Shown piece by piece: positions 47,468 through 54,342 of a stretch of 54,342 bases of DNA. The notes below the pieces were generated by a model. The model searched no databases and was not told the DNA's origin. It worked only from the letters and a program-made list of their open reading frames with translations. Within the stretch, counting starts at the first letter, position 1; every line of letters starts with the position of its first letter. The DNA is from a virus. Lineage: Duplodnaviria > Caudoviricetes. Both the position numbers and the translations under genes were made by a program. The stretch covers positions 1-54,342 of the IMG/VR virus record IMGVR_UViG_3300028025_003683. One strand, 5' to 3'.

Positions 47468-48490
47468 ATGGAAATACTTCTAACAGGGATGTCCTCGGCC
47501 CACACGTCACCAAAGGTTCACGAAAAGAACTTCGGTTTTTTTGGCGTGCTTAATAAAATTTTTACCGAACTTGGTCACTCGGTGACTTGGACCAGTTCGA
47601 GTATGTCTTGGTCTGCCAATGACCTAAAGAAGTATGACGCAGTTTTTGTTGGCATTACTCCGCCAACCAGTATCAGCGCCAATCGAGCCTACGGTGCTCT
47701 TGGCGTTATTGAGTCGCTATGGGGTTCTAGCAAGTTACACCTAGTTATTGACTCTCCTCAGCAATGGCTTATCCAGCCAAGCCTAAAATCAGTTCTCGCT
47801 AACCCAAAGGCTTTAGTAAAAAGTTTCTACTCAAAGCGGGCCGAGTTTTCATTAGCCAGCGCCCCTGAGGGTTTGGATAGGCTAATCAGAGCTTGCACGC
47901 TTCTGTCTAATGAAGTTTGGCCGATAACCCTACACCCGTCGCTTCCTTGGAAGTCTGACGACGAAAACAGTAATTTTCCTGTTGGAGCCAGAGACGTAGC
48001 CATAGGAATCAGCTACGACTCGGAGCTGCTGTCCGAGGCATCAGCGCCTGACAAGTTTGACACGCGTGAGCAGAAGTGGCTCATTGATTCTAAGTCAGGT
48101 CAGTGGAATGAAATGGTTTCTCAACTGGTCCATCACCCGATTGAGCTGCTCAAAGAAAGTAAAGCTAAGACTGACTACGACGCGCTAGTGAGTTTAGTCA
48201 ACTCCACAGGACTTCTTGTTGCTCCTCAAAGACGTCAAGGTGGTACCTGGTGGTCTTATGCTATTGTTCAAGCCCTAGCTAGCCTTACCCCAATCGCGAG
48301 TGACTGGCGCGAGACTATGGCGCTGGGAGACTGCTGGAACAACCTGCCAGCAGCTATAGAAGAGATGTCGGTAGCAGACAGGTATCTGCTCGCTACCGAG
48401 CAACGAAGAACCTATCTCGAGTCGGTTCCTACAAAAGAAGAAACTCTCGAGATTATAAATAACCTACTCAATAGGGCTAAGGAGAAATAA
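47468..48490 (+). CDS. Putative glycosyltransferase-like protein
   Basis: MEILLTG...ELGHSVTW...YDAVFVG N-terminal Rossmann-like pattern, GLLVAP....GTWWS; fold call is tentative. Confidence 0.4.
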   Translation: MEILLTGMSSAHTSPKVHEKNFGFFGVLNKIFTELGHSVTWTSSSMSWSANDLKKYDAVFVGITPPTSISANRAYGALGVIESLWGSSKLHLVIDSPQQWLIQPSLKSVLANPKALVKSFYSKRAEFSLASAPEGLDRLIRACTLLSNEVWPITLHPSLPWKSDDENSNFPVGARDVAIGISYDSELLSEASAPDKFDTREQKWLIDSKSGQWNEMVSQLVHHPIELLKESKAKTDYDALVSLVNSTGLLVAPQRRQGGTWWSYAIVQALASLTPIASDWRETMALGDCWNNLPAAIEEMSVADRYLLATEQRRTYLESVPTKEETLEIINNLLNRAKEK

Positions 48491-48916
48491 ATGCCAGAAG
48501 TAAATTACGAATGGGTAAGACAGCAAATGGAAGAAGCCAAGGTTAAAGTTGGCTCCGGTAAGGCTGTACTAAGATTGCTCGCTGCCTGGGAAGAAGAGAC
48601 AAAGCTCTCTGAAAACCTATCTAAGGAAGCAATCGAAGTATTTAGCAAACTAGCACTTAATCATGCTTTGTCTTCGCCAGTTAAGGTTGACGAAGTTTGG
48701 GTGCCTGCTCAGCCGGGTCAAATCACTGTTGGCGATGAAGTCCGCGTCTTGAGCGACGCATTCACTGACCAGGCTGGAACTATCCACAACGGGCGTCGAG
48801 GTAAGGTGGCTGCTATCCGTTATGGAGATGTCATCTTTAAGTCGACTGACGGTAAGTCTCCTGAACTAGATGGTGTCCACTACTCGCCTTACAAGCTAGA
48901 GAAAAGAATCAAGTAA
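48491..48916 (+). CDS. Hypothetical protein with SH3-like C-terminus
   Basis: AAGGAG RBS; ITVGDEVRV...HNGRRGKV. Confidence 0.7.
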   Translation: MPEVNYEWVRQQMEEAKVKVGSGKAVLRLLAAWEEETKLSENLSKEAIEVFSKLALNHALSSPVKVDEVWVPAQPGQITVGDEVRVLSDAFTDQAGTIHNGRRGKVAAIRYGDVIFKSTDGKSPELDGVHYSPYKLEKRIK

Positions 48917-49128
48917 TGACTAGAACATCTTTTGAGCTAGAATTTCCGGCAAAAACTGCTAGTTTAGCAAAAGTACTAGCAGAGACTATGGTTGCCGACT
49001 ATCTAGAGCTTCCCCGTGAACAGATATCTGACTTGGTAGACCTAGAATTCAAAGTCAAATACTCTGTCGAGGATGGGGTTTTAGTGACCGTTTACGGAAC
49101 TGTAAAAAGAAACATTGTAAATCTCTAA
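48916..49128 (+). CDS. Hypothetical protein
   Basis: 70 aa, TAATG coupling. Confidence 0.65.
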   Translation: MTRTSFELEFPAKTASLAKVLAETMVADYLELPREQISDLVDLEFKVKYSVEDGVLVTVYGTVKRNIVNL

Positions 49129-49185
49129 TTTGTAAACTCAGGTGATGCACGCCTGATACGGGACTCGTCGCGCTACAATCTTTAT

Positions 49186-49533
49186 ATGAAAGATTCTAGA
49201 AAAGGCGAGTCCCTTTGGTTTATCTGGGAGGGCGAGGGGTTTTCTCACGCTCTTGGGGATGACTCTACAATCTTTTATACCGAAGACCATATTGATGTCG
49301 ACATTGAGCTAGTAAAACGAGCCCTAGCCTCAGGCATTCAACGCTATGGGCTGGTTGATAGTTTGTCTGAAGGTTTTAGAGCCATAGATACCGGTGTAGT
49401 TAGCACTGGATATTGCGGATATGTAGACGGAGACAATGAGTTAACCATCTGTGACAAATCAGGTCTTACCGAATACCACGACACTGTAGATAAAGCTACT
49501 CCAACTACTTTTGTCGAGGTTTATCTATTTTGA
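49186..49533 (+). CDS. Hypothetical protein, possibly leaderless
   Basis: TACAAT 49174-49179 lies 6 nt before the ATG and there is no Shine-Dalgarno. Confidence 0.65.
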   Translation: MKDSRKGESLWFIWEGEGFSHALGDDSTIFYTEDHIDVDIELVKRALASGIQRYGLVDSLSEGFRAIDTGVVSTGYCGYVDGDNELTICDKSGLTEYHDTVDKATPTTFVEVYLF

Positions 49534-50087
49534 ACGACTATCGCGAATACTGGGATGAAGACGCCGAGTGCGCTAAGGTCTCAAATAGAGATAAAATTAA
49601 TTTATTTTTCTCTAATAAGAACAATGATAAGTTCCAAGCAAAACTTATGTGCTCGCAGTGTCCTGTCCGCAGGGAGTGCGCTAAGGAAGCACTAGAGGGT
49701 AAAAAACTTCACGGTATTTGGGGAGGAATGGACGAACGAACCATTAAACGCACCCTATCTGTCAACTGGGAAGGGCAGGAGATGCGTAGAAAGCGTTTTC
49801 CTAAGTGCCCGGGATGCAATGCAAACACCTTAGACCTAGTCACTAAGACCGTAAAGCGCCCAAATGGCGGCCGTTGGGCCACTATGCGTGTAGTTGAGTG
49901 CACTGAGTGCGCTTTTGAGTGGCAAAGTCGTACTAGTGCTAATGCTGTCGATGCTTACCACGCTCAGAGGGCCGAACGAATGGTCCGCGCTGAGAAAGAA
50001 CAAGCAAAAAAGCGTGCTTTAAAGAAAAAGAATGCCGCTAAGCCTTCTCAGAAATCGCAAGACGATACCACTCAGAGTTCTTCTTAA
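49530..50087 (+). CDS. whiB: WhiB family Fe-S transcription factor fused to a Zn-ribbon
   Basis: W...A.C...LFF...AK..C..CPVR..C...GIWGG, then CPGC...CTEC. Confidence 0.9.
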   Translation: MNDYREYWDEDAECAKVSNRDKINLFFSNKNNDKFQAKLMCSQCPVRRECAKEALEGKKLHGIWGGMDERTIKRTLSVNWEGQEMRRKRFPKCPGCNANTLDLVTKTVKRPNGGRWATMRVVECTECAFEWQSRTSANAVDAYHAQRAERMVRAEKEQAKKRALKKKNAAKPSQKSQDDTTQSSS

Positions 50088-51114
50088 GTCTTTCATCATT
50101 TGGATTGATTTTTATAGCCTTTTTGTTGAGAACTAGGGCTTCTTCAGGTCGACCTAGGTGGTAAGCCGACAAAGCAGCATAATCGTATGGCAGTTCTGAC
50201 CACGAATCCTCTTCACACATGTAGTCAAGCTTCTTCTCAGTAATGCGAAGTGCTTCCATGGAAGATTTATAACAATTTTCCCAGTCCTGAGCGTTGTAGT
50301 GGTGCTTAGCCATGTCCATAAATGGCTCCCTACGTCCGGGGGACTCCTGGGCTGCCTTAGTGAACCATTCTATGGCTTCTGACGGGTTCATTTTGCCGAT
50401 ATGCCTCATAGAAGAGGCTCTCTCGGGGGCCCAGACGGCCGTAGGAAGCCCTAGGTGACGTTTAAACTCCTGGGTCGCCTCTTCATACCTGCCATAATAA
50501 AAGAGCTCTCTAGCGTAGTAGTAGGCGTTTCTATCGCTATATGGCTGCTCGTCTACGGCCATTTTTAACATTCCCAGGTACTGGGAGCGGGACTTTGTGG
50601 GGTCAGCTTTGTGTAAAATTTGAAAACCAACCACGCCGCGAACTTCCCTATACTCCCCGTATGTACTGATGATTTCGTGAGCCGGTTGACGCCAGGTTAC
50701 GCCCCAGCGGGAGTGGATTCGGTCTGCTCCGTACTGCAGCCCGGGGGTACCGTCTTCTCTGATATTCCAAGTGAGTGTTGCGCGAATAATTGCAGACATT
50801 CCCTCGCCTGGGGCAGCTAAATCTTCAAATTCTTTTCGCCAACCTTCAGTAAGGACCTCGTCCATATCTAAAGAAATGCAGTAGTCTATGTCGGCTGGTA
50901 GCGCAGCTAAGGCGGCGTTTCTGCTTGTGTCAAATCTAAAAGGCTTTAGCAACGCACTGACTACGTTGATGCCGAGACTTTTGGCAATCTCTACGGTTTT
51001 ATCGGTCGAGCCGGTGTCAGCGATAAGAATGTAGTCTGCGTCTTTTACAGAGTTGTACCAACGCTCGACGTGCTTCTCTTCGTTAAGAGCAATCGTGTAG
51101 ACGGCAACTTTCAC
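50038..51114 (-). CDS. GT2 glycosyltransferase with TPR repeats
   Basis: IALNEE, DTGSTD.T, SRNAAL, LDMDE; C-terminal TPR helices. Confidence 0.9.
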   Translation of the reverse strand: MKVAVYTIALNEEKHVERWYNSVKDADYILIADTGSTDKTVEIAKSLGINVVSALLKPFRFDTSRNAALAALPADIDYCISLDMDEVLTEGWRKEFEDLAAPGEGMSAIIRATLTWNIREDGTPGLQYGADRIHSRWGVTWRQPAHEIISTYGEYREVRGVVGFQILHKADPTKSRSQYLGMLKMAVDEQPYSDRNAYYYARELFYYGRYEEATQEFKRHLGLPTAVWAPERASSMRHIGKMNPSEAIEWFTKAAQESPGRREPFMDMAKHHYNAQDWENCYKSSMEALRITEKKLDYMCEEDSWSELPYDYAALSAYHLGRPEEALVLNKKAIKINPNDERLKKNSEWYRLAISEKA

Positions 51115-51539
51115 CGGGCTAACAACCTTTTCTTGATGTCCGTAGTGCTAATCCCAATCGTGTATGGGATATAACCAAAACCAATGTTATGCTTCTCGAG
51201 CCATTCTCTGGTAAATGACATCTGTTTCATGTAATCCCTTTCGCACCAGTCGGTGCCAACAATCACAAAGTCTACATCTGCGGCAAGTATTGATGGTCTA
51301 CTGTCTTTACCGCCAATATTTTTTATAACTTCATCGACATACATGCAAGCTTTGAGCACTGTTTCACGTTCGTCATACGACATAACTGGCTTTTTACCTT
51401 TATATTCTTCTACAAATTCGTCAGTATTTAGGGCTACAACTACCTGGCCATCTTTACCAGCCATATCTTTTATACGTCTTAGTAGTTCTACGTGCCCCCA
51501 ATGAAAGAGGTCAAACGTCCCTCCAGTGTAGATTCTCAT
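51111..51539 (-). CDS. Cytidylyltransferase (TagD-like, HxGH family)
   Basis: YTGGTFDLFHWGH, VG.DW, YT.GISTT.IK. Confidence 0.9.
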   Translation of the reverse strand: MRIYTGGTFDLFHWGHVELLRRIKDMAGKDGQVVVALNTDEFVEEYKGKKPVMSYDERETVLKACMYVDEVIKNIGGKDSRPSILAADVDFVIVGTDWCERDYMKQMSFTREWLEKHNIGFGYIPYTIGISTTDIKKRLLAR

Positions 51540-52345
51540 GCGTCAGCTACCTTTTCTGGGTTTGAGTATATTTGTTTAATCCCTACGACTACATCTGGGT
51601 CTCTTACCTTTTTAACAGTTGCCTCGATTATGTCTGCGAGTCTGTACTCATTAAATCCTTCCGAAGCGCAAAAACTTTTAAATGCATCAATTACTTCCGA
51701 GTATTCTCGATTGCCGTCGGTGCTGTCATAGCTCTGCTCCTTAGGGTGGAACATGTCTACCCCCGCGTCTCTGTAGATTACTCTGTTCATGTAGAGAATC
51801 AGCGAGCAGTAAGACATGTCCAGGCCCCAGCCGGTTTTGGTTTCAGCAAAATCTAGAGTTTCTGTCTCTGAACACCATGCGTAAAACTTTAACATGTACT
51901 CAACGATGTCTCGATTCAATGCTAAGTACGAACCGTTGGTGTTTGTTGAAAGATAGAGATTTTTGTATTTGTTAGATTCGCGGAGCATTGACTTTTCACC
52001 AGAAAAAACATCATTAGTGTTGTTTGATGCAAAAGCACCTAGCTCTGGATTCTCTAAAAAAACTGTTTCTATGTATCTTGTGTAGCCGATGTAGTCGGGG
52101 TGTGCGATGTCTCCCGTGTTAAATATAAATACGTCAAAACCGTTATCAATAAAATCTTGCATAGCCGAAAAAAAGTGTCGGTTATATCTAATATCAGGTC
52201 GTCTGACCCAATCCGGGTTTTGGTCTTCTATGCTAGAAACGTTATAAAACACGTGAGCAATGTCGGTGCCCTCTAATTGCTTACTAATGTCTAAACAATT
52301 GTCTATAGCGCCATCCCAGGCGATGATGTAGGTCTTGCTTTTCAA
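51536..52345 (-). CDS. Putative GT-A fold glycosyltransferase
   Basis: FIFNTGD, GWGLD...C and D....FHP motifs; operonic with the GT2 and cytidylyltransferase. Confidence 0.55.
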   Translation of the reverse strand: MKSKTYIIAWDGAIDNCLDISKQLEGTDIAHVFYNVSSIEDQNPDWVRRPDIRYNRHFFSAMQDFIDNGFDVFIFNTGDIAHPDYIGYTRYIETVFLENPELGAFASNNTNDVFSGEKSMLRESNKYKNLYLSTNTNGSYLALNRDIVEYMLKFYAWCSETETLDFAETKTGWGLDMSYCSLILYMNRVIYRDAGVDMFHPKEQSYDSTDGNREYSEVIDAFKSFCASEGFNEYRLADIIEATVKKVRDPDVVVGIKQIYSNPEKVADA

Positions 52346-53542
52346 TTACAACCTGACAGGAATGACGTTGATATTCTCTCGAGGGTCAAAATCCCCACCC
52401 ATGGTGTAGGTGAGTAGTCCAGGCTTAGACGACATACCAGCGCGGTCGCGGAACCACTCCGAGCCCGGGTCAGTGGTTGGTGCCTGCATCCAGAATCGGT
52501 GGCCAATGTCCATACACTTAAAGTTGTGGAAGTGCCCTGAAACCCAAACGTCAGCATTACCTAGTGCTGTCTGTCCTGCAGCTTGCCCCGAGATGTATTT
52601 CATAGGGTCGCGCATCTGGTGCCCGTGGAAAAGACCTAGCATGCTGCCACAGATGTCGACAGTTAGAGTTTGGTGTCCAGAGGACGGGTAACGGAACTCT
52701 ACATGCTTAAGTGCCGGGTTTTCCGCGCAGGCATCTTGAACTGCCGCTGCAATTTCTACGTTCCAACCGTCAGCTGGGTCAGCTGCAACTTGACGAGTAA
52801 CTTCGTCGTGGTTTCCATTTACCACAGGGACTACTAGTCTTTCGCAAAGGGGCGCTAACGCTTTAATCTGCGCCATAAGCAGTCGACGTGCAACTCGTAC
52901 CTGCTCGGTAAGTCCCAAGTCAGAGGCCGCTAGTCCTTGTAGTCGTCCGCCTTGGCTGACGTTACCTTCAACGTGGTCGCCAGGAAGAGCAAGGACAATA
53001 GTCCCGATAGAAAGACCAGCCTTTTGAAGCATTTCATAACGCTTTACTGCACTCTCTGTTAGGTGAAGAATTCGGTCAATCGATTGCTGACTACCGCCAT
53101 CACTTGTTTTCTTACCAATCTGCTGGTCGCTTGGAACTACTACAAATGCTCCTGTACCAATTCCTTGTTTGATGCCGCGCTCTGGTCGCCATTTTTTTAC
53201 TTCATCAATAAGTTTTTCAGCATCTAGCTCGTCACCGTATGAAGTTGCGGCTGGGATAATGTTTACACGAAGAGACTCTAGATACTCGCCGTCATACTTC
53301 TGCCACTTACCTCGGCGCACCGAGGTGATTTCCCAGTGGCGGGGGTTTAAGTCAAACGACTCTAGAATTGCCTCGGCGTCCTGAGTCTGACCTACCGGAG
53401 CAGCCGAGGACACAACGTAACCGCCTTTGCGGTCATCAATGTCCATTCGCGAACGCCAGTCTTCTGGCGTATTAAGTTTCTTTAAATCAGAACCGCTGTT
53501 CCCTGGACTAGATAAATTTTCTAGACGTTCTGATAATCCCAT
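52346..53542 (-). CDS. Calcineurin-like metallophosphoesterase
   Basis: SDQQIG, GDHVEG, GNHD, FHGH, SGHFH; start at 53542 by TAATG coupling. Confidence 0.85.
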   Translation of the reverse strand: MGLSERLENLSSPGNSGSDLKKLNTPEDWRSRMDIDDRKGGYVVSSAAPVGQTQDAEAILESFDLNPRHWEITSVRRGKWQKYDGEYLESLRVNIIPAATSYGDELDAEKLIDEVKKWRPERGIKQGIGTGAFVVVPSDQQIGKKTSDGGSQQSIDRILHLTESAVKRYEMLQKAGLSIGTIVLALPGDHVEGNVSQGGRLQGLAASDLGLTEQVRVARRLLMAQIKALAPLCERLVVPVVNGNHDEVTRQVAADPADGWNVEIAAAVQDACAENPALKHVEFRYPSSGHQTLTVDICGSMLGLFHGHQMRDPMKYISGQAAGQTALGNADVWVSGHFHNFKCMDIGHRFWMQAPTTDPGSEWFRDRAGMSSKPGLLTYTMGGDFDPRENINVIPVRL

Positions 53543-53808
53543 TAGGAAATTCTCCTGTAGCAGGGGCACGCCTTGCGCTTGTGTCGGTCAATAGAGCTCT
53601 TAGAGATATCGTACCCTTCTTCTCGAAGGATGACAGAAAGGGCGCTATGCGACACGCGGGTAGGGTCGTCTACTGGAACCGCTAGAATTTCCTCGAGCTG
53701 AGTCTTTTCTTTTGGAGTTAGTTGAGTGCCGTTGAGTAGAGCTCCGAGTTTGCAGGCTACATTGTTTGACTCTGCGGAGACCTTTGATAGCCGGTCAGAT
53801 AGGGACAT
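53542..53808 (-). CDS. Small HTH-like protein with Cys/His motif
   Basis: C.LG...LS..L...GYDIS..SIDRH.R..C.C; AAGGA RBS. Confidence 0.65.
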   Translation of the reverse strand: MSLSDRLSKVSAESNNVACKLGALLNGTQLTPKEKTQLEEILAVPVDDPTRVSHSALSVILREEGYDISKSSIDRHKRKACPCYRRIS

Positions 53809-53866
53809 GAGAATCCTTTCGTCATTCGTCTTGTCGTCATTATTCTACTACACCAACCAGTATTTA

Positions 53867-54217
53867 TTATGGTGTGTCGTCAGTTTTATTTTTACGTCGT
53901 CTGACTGGTGTTTTTGATTCTACAGGAACGTATGAAGGCATGCCAATCAAAATTTCCTTGATAATTCTAAGTTCTATTGTACTTTCGGTGCTGGCTTTTT
54001 CAATTCGATTTACTCGGTCAGCTAGTGACGAGCCGCCGTTTTCCCAGAGCTGGTGCTCTACCCTATCAAGACGCTCGGCTAAAGTCCGGCCAGCTTTGTC
54101 TACTCCAATAGCATCGCCAATTTTTCGTGCTAGTCTATAGATTGCAATGACGGCACCAATAATAACTCCAACGGCCGTAATGCCCGCGGCAAGAGTGTAA
54201 ATAAGTTCTAAAGGCAT
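53867..54217 (-). CDS. Membrane protein with N-terminal TM helix and coiled coil
   Basis: One hydrophobic helix followed by NGGSSLADRV.RIE, a pattern recalled from actinophage membrane proteins. Confidence 0.7.
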   Translation of the reverse strand: MPLELIYTLAAGITAVGVIIGAVIAIYRLARKIGDAIGVDKAGRTLAERLDRVEHQLWENGGSSLADRVNRIEKASTESTIELRIIKEILIGMPSYVPVESKTPVRRRKNKTDDTP

Positions 54218-54342
54218 GAGTTATAATGGATTCCTAGGTAGATGCAATTAGGTTTGTATCTATAATTTTACCCTATTAGGGTCGCCCTGATTCGGCAGGT
54301 TGTTAGGTCAACTAACTCGGTCAGTTCACGCAATCGCGTAAA

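Noticed and set aside
1-54342. Alternative genetic code, tRNA genes, integrase, endolysin or primase
   Set aside because: The standard code gives near-complete coding density; no cloverleaf or such genes were recognised, though they may lie outside the window.

Overview
The window is most of the genome of a tailed dsDNA phage, probably a siphovirus. It most likely infects a moderate-GC actinobacterium; this is inferred from the WhiB gene, the DUF1360-like gene, the hexamer/pentamer-type capsid pair and heavy CTA-Leu usage. Plus strand, in order: 3' end of the terminase large subunit, portal, a Dps gene, an unusually large (~15 kb) block of head-associated proteins, a two-domain maturation protease, two capsid genes, the neck/tail module with a frameshifted tail chaperone, tape measure, repeat-expanded tail-tip proteins, a replication/recombination module (PolA, RuvC-like, SNF2, Cas4-like nuclease, AAA_24, DUF669) and WhiB. 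A convergent minus-strand block encodes glycosyltransferases, a cytidylyltransferase and a metallophosphoesterase. Most notable are three linked signals in the head block. (1) A canonical -1 frameshift signal (C CCA AAA, 6 nt spacer, strong stem) would fuse a 1464-aa head protein to an HExxH metallopeptidase module that is followed by a small immunity-like ORF. (2) A recurring [LIVM]-[TV]-A-[SAG] motif sits at apparent domain boundaries across head proteins and matches assemblin-type cleavage sites. (3) Three cargo-like proteins share a Q(P/T)R..G.(W/F) motif. Together these suggest a protease-processed, capsid-packaged effector system. All family calls come from motif recognition by eye; no database searches were run.
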